A DNA stretch of 62,991 bases, filler included, from Folioceros fuciformis (Eukaryota), in NCBI GenBank assembly GCA_049999805.1. It is 5 parts of 5 records of this genome, joined end to end, with 100 filler letters (N's around TTAATTAATTAA, not from the genome) between each part and the next. Parts side by side here need not be neighbours in the genome. Positions count along the whole stretch, not along the records: positions 21,304 to 41,993 come from JBNGIO010001045.1; 4 more parts are not named here. One strand, written 5' to 3'. Below the pieces are notes generated by a model. It did not search any database, was not told the origin of the DNA, and was given only the letters and a program-made list of their open reading frames with translations. Made by a program: the position numbers and the translations under genes. The stretch's first letter is position 1. Each line of letters starts with the position of its first letter. This document shows positions 23,460-35,033 of this stretch, piece after piece.

Positions 23460-24625
23460 CTAATACTGAGCATGTGACTGAGAAGGATAGGGAGTACCGT
23501 GTTGAGAAAAAGAACCAGATGGCGCAGGGCCGCCTGCCTGTAGTCCACTTTGAGGGTAACCCGGAGGCGGTGGTCCAGCATTTTGAGGACGATTGAAGGA
23601 ACCACTATGAGCATATGCACCTGGATAAGGGGCACCAGCAGGAACACCGGAGGGACGGAACTTTGCAACGGCCTCCCGCATGTTCTTCACTGCCTTTTCG
23701 TAATTGACGAAACCCATGAACCAGAATTCGTGATGGTCCACCATGTCGACTTGGATATAATGCTCGTCGGGCTGCGCCTGATTAGTCGAAGGATTGACAG
23801 CTTTCACCTTCTCCAGAGGCAACATAACCTATAACAGCCAAGTCCTCGGAAAGTCAGGGCAAAACATCCTCCACCATGGGACCAGTAATGCAAACGATAC
23901 TGAGGAAAGCAGCAGCTTATAGGTAGGGTGAAGCTTCACCTTATACAAACTCTGAGATTGTTGCCCAGGGGATACAGAATAGGTCAATGCCCGGTCACTG
24001 CAGAAGGCAAATTTCAGGTTGCTGAGGTACAAAGTTCCTGCAACAGGCCCCGTGGAGGTACTCAAGTAGCACGCATAGGTCTTGAGCAACTCCTCGTTTG
24101 AAGAAGCGCCAAATGTGGATTTAAACAAGCTGAAAGGTCCCCCCTCCGCAAGAAGTTTCAAACCCAGTGTCGTTCGCCCTATCACTGTCTCCGCAACGTT
24201 CCCTCCAGAGGAAACTTGCCAAAAACGACTCCATCGTCAGGAACGCCATAAGCTTAACATCACGATAACCTCCCATACTGTGCAGATCCACACACTCCTC
24301 CGCTGAAAAAAAAGCAAAAACAAGGTAACACGCGCTCACAGTATTTGGATATCTTCCCAGCAGACTCTCCCCCCTTAGCCGCCATTCCCTTCATTGCAGA
24401 AGCAAATCTCCCCAAAGTATCTGGCGACACGAAACGACCCCGGGCCTCCATCACGAAACAAATCCACCGGGGCGAGAAAGATCACCGGACCGACATCGTA
24501 CATGACGCCAACACACTCCTACCGGCAGCCTATTCTGCCTCCTACCTTTTCCTTGAGGAGCAGGCTGAGCGACATATCCGGCTTGCCCCGGCTGGGGCGC
24601 GGCAGCGGGAGCAGAGGCGTAGTAG

Positions 24626-24658
<33 letters not shown>

Positions 24659-24858
24659 AACCCCCCGGCAGCTCCGGCGGCATAGCCTGGATCCACCCCG
24701 GGATTCGCCGGACTCCCCATGACCGGCGTTCCCCAGCTAGCTCCCGCAGGCACGCCGGGAGTCTCACCGGGCCGCGCCTGATCGAACACTGGAGGCGGAT
24801 ACGGCGCGTAGTCTCCGGATCCCTGCCGGGGCACACCGTCCGGAGTCGACTGCCCCAT
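23460..24858 (-). CDS. GRAM-domain GEM-like (ABA-responsive family) protein
   Basis: LGLKLLAEGG..FKSTF, LLKTYACYLSTSTGPVAGTLYLS..FAFCSDR, YKVMLPL and YIQVDMVDHHEFWFMGFVNYEKA. Both termini are Pro/Gly/Tyr-rich. Confidence 0.92.
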
Positions 24859-27281
24859 CTCTTACGCTGCAATCCACACTCCGGTAATGAAAAGGAATAC
24901 GAGCTGACCAAAGCCCGAATCAGACGATCCGTGGGAAGCGCTGAGGCGGGACGAGCTCCGGCTTAAGACTCATCAGCAACTGCCGCCGGACACGCAACCG
25001 TAGCGCGTACAGAGGAGAGGAACACAGGTCCGCAAGCTTGGATCCTTCCTGGAAACTACACGCTCCTACGCCACATCACAAGCCCCTCGGGACATCACAC
25101 GAATTATCCCATCAAGTTGCCGCCTGTGATGAATTAACCAATCCCTAGGGGACAGCTAATATCACGGCAGTGTGGGTGAAAATCACATCGGAAAGCACCG
25201 GCACAGTCAAGGTGTCAAGCGTGTTGAGCTTAGCGGGCAAGGGAATGGATGGAGGGCAAGTGGAGGGACATCCGCGAGTGCATTCTGGGGCGTATGCAGC
25301 TATTTATACGCGTAGGAGGCTATGTAAAGGCATGAGGTACATGCATTCTAGTGGGGAACGATTGTTGCATTGAATTTACTTGTGAGAAGGATTTGCCAAT
25401 CACAACTTCTCATCTCAATGCACATTGATCCGTTGCTTCTAATTTTCAATGGGCTGGTCATAGAGCTCCACTAATGTAGCTAAAGATGTCTTCCTCCTTG
25501 ATTCTCATACTTTATCCATATGGTCCTATAAGTCTCCATGAGGGTTGATGGTCCTACAAAGGAGAGTACTTAGAACTTTCACCTAAGTGCAACTTCCCTA
25601 GGAGGATTAAGGATGATATGTTCATCAAGGGATTAAACCACGTCTACAATCAAAAACTTTTCATGTTAGGAGGAAAGAAGGTTTGGAGTAAAACACTTTG
25701 GGCAAGAGTATTAGGATGCTCCATGTGGGAAAGGAAAGGAACCCCATTTCATGACATCGTGAGCAATGTCATCTTACTAGCAATGCTTAGCCTACCTGAG
25801 AACTTGATGTTGCAAACATCATTGTTCATTGCCCAACTAGTAGCTAGTAGCTAGGGCAATGAGCAATGCCTACCTCTAGGGTCATGAGCAAGGTACATTC
25901 ATGAGTGATCACAAGGTGCTCCACAACTACAAGCTTGGAGGGAGTAGGTAGGACAAGGGCTAGCCTTGCCAAGCCAAACTTCATTGCAATTGAGAAAGAG
26001 GCTAGTATGATTTCAAAAGCATGGACTCAAGGTTGAGTAAGAAGCCATGAACTAGCTCCTTCAGACTAGAGATGGCCAAGAGCAACTCTAGGGATAGACG
26101 AGTCCCAAAGAAGAATAACTTTTGCTCTACTTAGTTGGTTGTCTAAAGGGATGAAGAATTTTTCATCTTGATTTTACCTGTTCACGGCCCTGGGCCTACC
26201 TCTCTCTTAGGCACACCCATCCTTTCTTGTAGCCTTGCTGTGGATTATAGGCCAAGGACAATTTGTGGCTAGGTTGTTGATCCAGGGCCATAGGTCTGGG
26301 ATATCTTAGGTTGTCGCTTAGATACTTAGCTTTGTGGATAGGCTAGGTAGGCATGCAGCCACTAGCTGCTGTGCAATAGCAACCCCATAGCTTGTCTAGA
26401 TAGGAAAGCTCTAGCCAAGGGAGGTATACCTAAAAGTGGGAAAGTGCTGTCCTCTATTCCCAAAGGACAACTCATGGAAGCTTGTTGTTGTTGTGGATTG
26501 CATTGCAAGGGAGGGGAGAGAGTTCGGACCGAGAGATGGTGAAAGGGATGTGGCTTTGTGGAGCCTTGGAAGAGATTCTGTACCGAGACTAAACATTGAC
26601 TCACCTGCATTTAAAACGTACAAATCCTTTAGCCAAATCATATGCATATCCAGAAGGAGCATTCTCATCATGGGGCCCAACATACCGCAAACTGAGGTCT
26701 CCGTCGCTGTTGGTAGAGGAGACGGGTAGCCGCTCTCGCGAGCCCCATGGCCACCCGTTCATGCGAGATGTGGAAGTGTGTTAGCATGTAATCGAAGTTC
26801 ACGGGTTATCCGTGGCTTGACCCACAGGAGACGGACGAGAGGGCGGGCCGACAGCAGGGTTGCCTGGATGCTTTGAAGCACGTGCCTAAAATAACGCCTA
26901 CCAAGTACCAACACTGGCCACAGGACAGAACACTTTACTCTATCTGCTGGCGCGCGCTCAAACGGGAGGGAAGGCTTAGTGGCGGGTTCGTCCAAAGCGA
27001 GTCGTGTGAGACGGGGGGGCTTGCACGAGCGGGCAGGCTGCTCGATCCGGCGAGAAGGTGGTGGCGATGGCGGATGTGAGTGTGGCAGTAGGTGGAGCCG
27101 CCCGGTGAGGGGGCGGGGCCGAGATGCGGGGCGCTCCGGATGGGAATGTGGCGCGCGCTCTGGCTCTCATGGCTGCAGCATGTCTGGGCAAGAAAGGGCG
27201 CAATTGGCATTGCCGTTGCCGTGACGATGGGACACGCAGCCCGGAGCGGTCCTGAGTGAGAGCGAACCAGCGAGCCTAGGT

Positions 27282-27356
27282 GCTGGGCTGGGCTGGACGT
27301 CTGGACTAGACTGGACTGGACGTCTGGATTAGACTGGACTGGACTGGACTGGACGG
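27282..27356. repeat. Imperfect CTGGA pentamer microsatellite immediately upstream of the XEG113 ATG
   Basis: ctggactagactggactggacgtctggattagactggactggactggactggac. Confidence 0.85.
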
Positions 27357-27357
27357 G

Positions 27358-30300
27358 ATGAAGCCGCTGCAGGTGGGCTCCAGGCTTGCCATCGTTCTCG
27401 TGTCCTCGCTGCTGCTGTTTTACATTGGGAGGCCGCTGTACTGGGAGGCTCTGGCCCGCTTGCGCCCGCCGGGGTATGCCACTGGGGATGTGCTGCTACC
27501 TGGTATCTTGCCTCACCGCGCCTGCTGGATTTGTGACGGGGATTGGGTTTCTGTGGCGGGTTTTGATTTTGCTTGCTGGGTTCTGATTCGGGGTGTGGTC
27601 CAGACGGAGCTGGCGGGGACTCCAGGATTGCTGACCAGGGGGAGTCCGCTGGCGCCGCATTGCTGTCGGCAGATGCGGTCGCGGAAGTTGCCGGTGAGCA
27701 GGAGGAGGCCCCAGTGGTGACCAATGAGGAGGATGGTGCGGGGAAGGTGCCGGCCAAGGATCCCGAGGAACAGGAGAATGGTGGGACGGGGGCGGCGACG
27801 GGGGCCGAGTTGCATAGCCAGTTGCGGAGGCCTGTTTGGGAGGTTCCGGCTCTGCTCACGGAGTTGCCTTCCAGGGAGGAGTTTCGGCTGAGGAAGGAGT
27901 TGGTGGAGTTTAGGGCGGAGAAGAATGTGATTGTGGTCACCTTCTCCAATTATGCCTTCACGGACTTCGTGCTCACCTGGGTGAAGCATTTGACGGACTT
28001 GAATGTCGCCAACATTCTTGTGGGTGAGTTGGGGCTGCTTCCGTGGTGGGGATTTGAAGCAGGTGGTGGTGTGCTGGTGAAGCTATCGTAATGCGTGCAG
28101 TTGTGGGATTGAAGGTGCCATGGATGACAAGACGCTGGAGACCCTGTTCTGGGCTGGTGTGCCTGTTTTCGACATGGGGAGCAACATGAACACCATCGAT
28201 GTGGGGTGGGGTAGCAAGCAGTTCCACAAGATGGGCCGTGAGAAGGTCGTCTTGGTGAACGCCTTCCTGAAATTGGGGTACGAGCTGCTCATGTGCGATA
28301 CCGACATGGTCTGGTTGAAGGTATCATGGGAAGACAGGCCTTGTGTAGCTGTTGAGCCGTCAGGGGAAGTGTTGTGACTGTGTTCGTGTTCCCCGAGTGT
28401 TTTGGTTTGTGCAGAACCCGCTTCCGTACATGGCCCGATTCCCAGACGCGGATGTGTTGTCATCCAGTGATGAGCTCGTGAACTCAATTGAGGATGACGG
28501 ACTCGAGGTTTGGGACAAAGGTGAGGTGACCTTCCTCTCACATGAAATCGCTCGGCACTTGGGAGCAGAACCCCAGTTGGCCAAATACGTGAGAAAATTG
28601 CGTCTGCTTGGGTGCTCGTGCCTTGATGAGCTGGGGCCCAAGTGGATCAGGTCATGTCGCTGCCCTCCGTCGAGGTATGGGCAGGAACCCGTGCCCTGGA
28701 AACACACTGCCACTAGGTGAAAGGTGCAGTGCAGCAGGGAGCTTCAATTAGCCAGGGATGATGTGGTGAGTCTTGGTCGTGTTGCCTCCTGCAGCTTGGG
28801 GTGCGTTCAACATCGGGATAGTCCACTGGCGTCCCACCACTGCAGCCAAAGCCATGGCTATGGAATGGCAGCGGATTCTTGCTGCCGATGATTCAGTGTG
28901 GGATCAGAACGGATTCAATGATCTGATGAGGCATAAGCTGGGTCCTGCTGTTGATCAGGGGAACGGGCTGGTTTATGCCTATGATGGGACCTTGAAGCTC
29001 GGTATTCTCCCCGTCAGCATCTTTTGCAGTGGGCACACATACTTTGTGCAGGTAGATTCCTGCTCCTTGGGGAGACATGCATTTTGTGGGCCTGTTCCTT
29101 CACTTGGTTGAGCTGAGCACTCAGCTCTTGGCCATACGCAGGCATTACCGGAAAAGCTGGGTCTTGCACCTTATGCGGTGCACACAACCTTCCAGTACGG
29201 CGGAACACCTGGCAAGCGGCATCGACTTCGTGAAGCGAGACTGTTCTATGACTCTCCAGATTACTATGACTCTCCAGGTTCCCTCTTCTGCTCCTCAAGC
29301 TTTAAAATTTCGCTCAGCACCCTCGACACTCGAAAGTGCTTGTAATGGAAATCCTCCTGTTCTACTGCAGATGGCTTCTTGACGTATTCTCCTGAATTAC
29401 CTGATGAGCTGCTGCACTATGGGAAGCACGACGTTCGCAGCCACTTCAATCTTGTGAACTATCAAGTAAGCTTCCCCACACTGTCTAGGATGTGCATTCA
29501 GCCTGGTGTGACCATGCCTAAACTTCTCTGCTGGCCCCTGTTCAGCTCGTGCAAGTCCGTACTGCCCTGGCAATTGCAACAATCTTAAAACGGGTGCTGG
29601 TATGGATGCCTTGCTACTCTCCTGTCAGGGGCTCTGAGCTGCGGAATTTTGTCGGGTGGTGTGGCTGCAAAGCTCCCCCTCTCTCAGCTACTTTGGTGCC
29701 TTGCAGGTGATGCCCATCCTCCGCTGCAGGTTGGATCGCCTATGGTTCGGGCACCCTGGTGTGCTTCCCAACACCAAGACAAGCCAACCGTTTCTGTGTC
29801 CCATGGATCACATCTTTGACGTAAGTCGGCACAAGTTCCAGCTTACGGTCATGTTGTTGCATCCCTTGGTTTAACATGACTCCGCTTGCACCAACAGGTT
29901 AACAAAATGGTGGAAACGCTTCCAGAGGAAGAGTTTGGACCAGCGACTCCTTTCCGTGAATACTCCTTCTTGCGAAACCACAGAGTGCCCAGGAAGGTTG
30001 GTGTTGTGGTGAATCTGAGCAATTCGTCTGCAGGCAGTCTGTCCCTGATCCCTCAACCTCCTCCTGTTACGCAGGTGAGGACCTCAGAGCTGAAGGTGGA
30101 ACTCTGTGACAGGAGTTCTCCTGAGTGTCAAGACAAGCGAGTAGCCCCCGCCCCCCATACCATGATGCTTTTCATAAACAGTACCGAGGACGAGGTAGGG
30201 CGAATTTGCTTTTATCCCCATGTGCAGTTAGTTGGGTCTCACTTCAAGCTCACCTCTCCTCACTTTGCTGCAGCTGAAGGCGGCATTCGCTTCTTACAGC

Positions 30301-30612
30301 GGAGTCAAGGTTCTGGAGTTCTCTTCCATAGATCAGGCATTCATTGGGTTCCAAGACACGGTGAGAACTTCCCTTGCTGCTCGTCGTGCAGATCACGGTT
30401 CCCTGTGCTGGATAACGTTGGTGATCACTTCTTGGATGCGGCAGATGAAGCAAGAAAAGTTCAGAAGGCGACTGAATCTCTACACCGGAATGTGGTGCTG
30501 CGTGGAGAAACTTACTGTGGGGCACATCTACTACGATTTCTTCTGGGACTCGAAACCTAATTGGGAGCCGCTTCCACCAAGAACCCGAGAGGATGACCAC
30601 CATCCTGAGTAG
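27358..30612 (+). CDS. XEG113: Extensin beta-arabinosyltransferase XEG113 (GT77), multi-exon
   Basis: N-terminal TM anchor; NVIVVTFSNYAFTDFVLTWVKHL, GWGSKQFHKMGREKV, LMCDTDMVWLKNPLPY, WDQNGFN, LPVSIFCSGHTYFVQ, HTTFQYGGTPGKRHRLRE, CRLDRLWFGHPG and WCC..GHIYYDFFWD..PNWEPLPP. Confidence 0.93.
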
Positions 30613-31140
30613 AAATCAGACATTGAACAGCATCACACTCCTTCGCGCAGCACAGACTGAGCACGCTGATCGCTGGCTGGTTCTCTTTTCTTCGTCTGTT
30701 GAGCCTCCGGAGTTATTATTTACGTGCCCTCCGTAGCCCCTCAGTTCTTGGATCAAGACATGGCGTTTTGGGACGGACATCAGAGGCTGCGGTTCGGGTG
30801 AAATCGCCACGCTGCAAGAGGTTCGGACGCAGGGTCGGTGTGAAGCTCTGCCCGAAGCACGTCCAACTGGAATGTTCTTTGCTTTCAGGGTCCCGCGAAC
30901 TTGAAGTTTCGGTGCTTTCTTGGTGTTCCTCGCACTTGGCCGGGCAGTGGCTGTACTCGGAATGCCTGCACAAATTGGAGACTTCGATCGCAAGCGTCTC
31001 GTTGTTTGAGACTCGCCTGAGCCTGCTCTCGTCCCCGCTCTCCGTTCGTCACCCTGGTGTCCCGAACTTCTGTCATCCTCGTCGCGCTCTGCCTCGCAAT
31101 TTGGTGGATTCGTTGCTCGGTCCTTCATCACGCACAGTCC

Positions 31141-31166
31141 ATGTGAGAATGGAAGAGCGTGGCTGA
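31141..31166 (+). promoter_or_regulatory. Two minimal upstream ORFs (ATG-TGA; MEERG*) directly before the cyclin ATG
   Basis: ATGTGA at 31141-31146 and ATGGAAGAGCGTGGCTGA at 31149-31166; the main ATG is at 31169. Confidence 0.45.
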
Positions 31167-31168
31167 AG

Positions 31169-33119
31169 ATGGATTCACCTTCCAGTCTCCTCTGCGGCGA
31201 AAAGCTCGTGTTCTCGGGGGTACCTGAGTGTTGCATGAACCCGGGTCCGAAGTGCGTGGTGAACGTTGTGGGAGACAGCGGCTTCCGTCTCGGGTCCGGC
31301 CTCGCATTCCATGCGTGCGCTTGCACGTCGGCGTCGGCCGGTTCCAGATTGAGTTGCAGTTGGAGAAGGCGTCGTGGTGCGCACGGATCTGCGATCGCTG
31401 CGTGCGGGAACTTCCTTCAGTCCAATTCTGTGCTGCCAAGACCAGCTGTGTGCCGTCAGCTTGAGTTCGATGATGGCATTCACGAAGAAGTGCAGCAGCA
31501 GGCGGGGCGAATCTCCGGCAGCCTCGTTCCCGTCTTCTGCGGTGACGATGTTGAGCTTGCAAGGCAGAGCACGGAAGGTAATGATTTTCAGGAATCGATA
31601 GCGTTGTTACTGGAGAAGGAGGCGCAGCCGTTGTACAAGTGCTCGGATTTCTACGTTCAGAGCATGGTGCGGGCTAGCGGCTGTGGATGCGGACATCCTG
31701 GACAGCTTCGACGGCAGAGCGTGCATCTCATTCTGAAGGTTTGGGATGCGTGATTTGCGTTAAAGCTGAGCGGGCACTGCTTGTGATCTCGAGTTTCTGA
31801 TATCCTTCGTCTTCCAATTGCGGCAGCTGTCTAATTTGCTGCAGCTCAGCACTTTGGTTGCGGCTCACGCGGTAGCTTTCCTCGACCGTTTCCTGTCCTA
31901 CAAGTGCTCAGAGTGGGTGAGATCGGGATCTCATCACCGTGCTTCGTGCCTGAAGGGGTGGGATTCCAGGTTTTGATACTGGTCAGCCTCCTTGATGTGC
32001 AGGAAGAGAATGATGATGTGTTGCTCGCTGCTGCGGCATGCTTCTGGATTGCAGCCAAGATGGAGGATAGTGCTACACCAAATCTGTCCACACTTCTGGC
32101 ATGTGAAAAGTACAATTATTCCACCTGCAAGCACCGATTTATAATCAAAAGTCCAGGAAGAAATTTTGACTTTGAGCTTGTTTGGAATGAAAATCCAGGG
32201 GTTGGGAGTGCTGGGCTATGACGAGGAAACCATTCTGAAGGCGGAGGTACAAGTATTGAGGGCCTTAGGATGGCGTATGCTAAGCGTAACTACATCAGAC
32301 TTTGTCGGCAGTATTGTTGCAGATCTTCAAGTCCTGGGATTATTTCACCACAGGTTGATGGACGTCGCAGGCCGAGCGGATGAGATCATTCGAGGAATAC
32401 TGCCAGGTATTTGACTGTCATCTCACACAAGTCTCCGACCTGAATTTCCCTGTCTCTAATTGACCTCAAAACTCAATGATGTGCGTATGATGTAACAAGC
32501 TACTGTTATTGATTAGAGCCCCCAAAGCTTTGAAGCTGTCGAATGAAGTTTACCTTGGAGAGCTAGCTGTAGAGTAGCTAAGTCACGACAAGAAATTGCT
32601 TGCCAATGTGAGAGAAGATAAGAAGCAATGGAAAATGTGTCACTTCACAACAATAACCAATATACTTTGCCTTGGACCTCATATATGCCTGCAGAAAAGG
32701 AGTTTCTGGCTTATGAACCATCCGTAGTAAGCATTTGTGTGATCCAGTGCCTTTTGGACGAAACAGTACCAGTGCAAGCTGCTGTTCATATGGCCTCAAT
32801 TCGGAGGGCCTTGGCAGTTGACATGGTATCATCCTGAAAAGAACACCAAACCGTAAAATGAATTACTACCAAATAACTGAGATGAATTGCAAGGCATATA
32901 TCGAAGGGAGTGATGCTGACGTCTTAAAAGGAGGAGGTCTTTGTCTGCGGACTTGGGTTCTGAATCTTTAGCCGCAACTTTCGTGCTATCACTAATGTGA
33001 TCTCTTGACAGGTTCTCACCACTTGTTTCTTGGGACAGGTTGCAGCCAACGAGTGCTACAAGCTGCTCATCGACCTGGTTGTGGACCCTGTTTCTGAATG
33101 CAACATCCCGTCCCCTTAG
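31169..33119 (+). CDS. CYCD: D-type cyclin (divergent)
   Basis: N-terminal LxCxE (LLCGE); IALLLEKE; cyclin box RRQSVHLILK..AVAFLDRFLS..ACFWIAAKMED; ILKAEVQVLRALGWRM; EFLAYEPSVV; final exon ECYKLLIDL. Confidence 0.85.
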
Positions 33120-35033
33120 AAATGTAAGATATTCTCTGTGTGGAGGTGGGATTCATTTTCCAAGATACTCCTTTACACCGTCTTCCCTGTCGTGGAACCT
33201 GTTCAGTCTTTTGAACATCCTACGCCTTGTGTATATGTACATGTGTAAAGCCATCCAATTTTCCTTTTCCGTTTTTTGCTAATACTTGCCTGTTGGTTTA
33301 GTGGTCTAGTCTTGATAGGCTGCCACGTGGACTTTCAGCGTTCTTTAACGACGTTGCACTGTCCCAAGACCGGGAAGGCTTTTGCAACCTGCATCTCTCT
33401 CTTCTTTTCCTTCCCAGGACTGTGGACTACTTTTCCCTGTGGGAAGTGTGTTTCTTGGACTGATCTGTTCTCGTCCGGAATAAGCATCCCTTTTCTTCAG
33501 GGGCACTGCAAGATTTATAAGCCTGCGAGCCTAATAATATCCGATTGGCAGACAAGCATGTCAATCTTATCTCTTGGCTCATGCCCTGAATCTGAGGCTG
33601 GCCCGGGACCCCGGCTTCACGCGTTGGACGTGACCGGCTGCGATTGCTTGTACATGCAACCAAGGGAAGCACGCGCATGACGGTGAACTCAAGGGGAAGG
33701 AAAGCTGACTACTTGGGGCGAACCAGGCATCGGGACACCCCTGGAGAAGCTCAGATGCAGCAGGCAAGACATCCCAAGGACGGGAGAGATTTCTCGTCCA
33801 CAACCCAAAGTGCGGAAGGTTTCGGAGGGTCTCCCAAGAAGGTCACACTATGGGCTTGCTAAACCGGTCATGGAAAATTTCCTGGCAAGGGTAGTACTCT
33901 ACCGTTGAGTCACCCGAGCGCCTTGACCCCATGCAAGCCGGCCCAAGGGCTGCACCGATAATGTTCCAAGGCTCCCTAGGCGCACCACCGCCCGATTCAA
34001 CTCCCACCCGTCACCCGACTCTCAACCAATGAAACGAATGTCACTCCACCCGACTTGTGCGTGCCATGCCGTTTTACCGTCACGGTATACTTTACACGCA
34101 CGCATGTTGGTACACGAAGATCCTTAAGCAGGTGCTTCATAACCCCGAGCAGCAGTGGGCGGCCCTGCCTGCAGACTCGGGCTCGGCGTCGTCTTGTCTT
34201 GTGATCGTGAACACAGCATCTGCAGTGGCGATGACACCGTCCTGAAGTATCCCGAGTTTACGAGACTCTCTGTAGCTTAACAGTGTCGGCAGCAGATACA
34301 GCCAACGCGGCGTTCTCTTTCAATAAAGAGAATAGCTCTAGATGCCTTCAGAGATTTGTTGAGCACAAAATGCATTGAAAAATTGAAGTCCGCCAACCCA
34401 GCACAGTGTCGGTGCACGGCAGCTGACGGTGATCGCACTTCGTGATCAGGTTGAGCCGAACACGACAAACTGAAAAGGGACACACTTTTGGCTCCCAGGG
34501 CCCAGCCCTGTGCCTGACTTGAGGCCAACTCCAGCCTCCGCCTGGTCTTATCTCCCCCCCTTCCTCTTCGTCACGGCAAGGCAAGCGCTTGCTCTTGGGA
34601 GTAGAATGGTGGTGGTTCGCTTTAGTCGAACATACGTCGTGTAAGTTCGACGGGAGGTCACCCCATGGCACCAAGAGGAACGACGATTTCAACGATCTGT
34701 CTGGTGAATGGAAGACCTCCTCGGTGCCCCCTGATCTCGCCTTGTTAATCTCAGGTGCGTTCGTGTGTGGAGCTGTCGATTTGTAGTAGCCTTCTTTGGG
34801 GCTGTGCTTTGATACGCACGTGCTCTTGTGGTCATGAGAGCGTTCTGATGGCCAGAAATAACATATCGGAAGAATTTGGTCTGCAGGAAGCTTGACCCAT
34901 AACGCCAATGACTCCCTGAATACTGGAGGTTAACAGCAAGGCCTTGCACAGTGTTCCAGGCCCGATTGATTCCACAGGCACTGTTCTAGTTTACACGTTC
35001 TGAACTATGATACGTTACAGTGTTGACCGTTTC

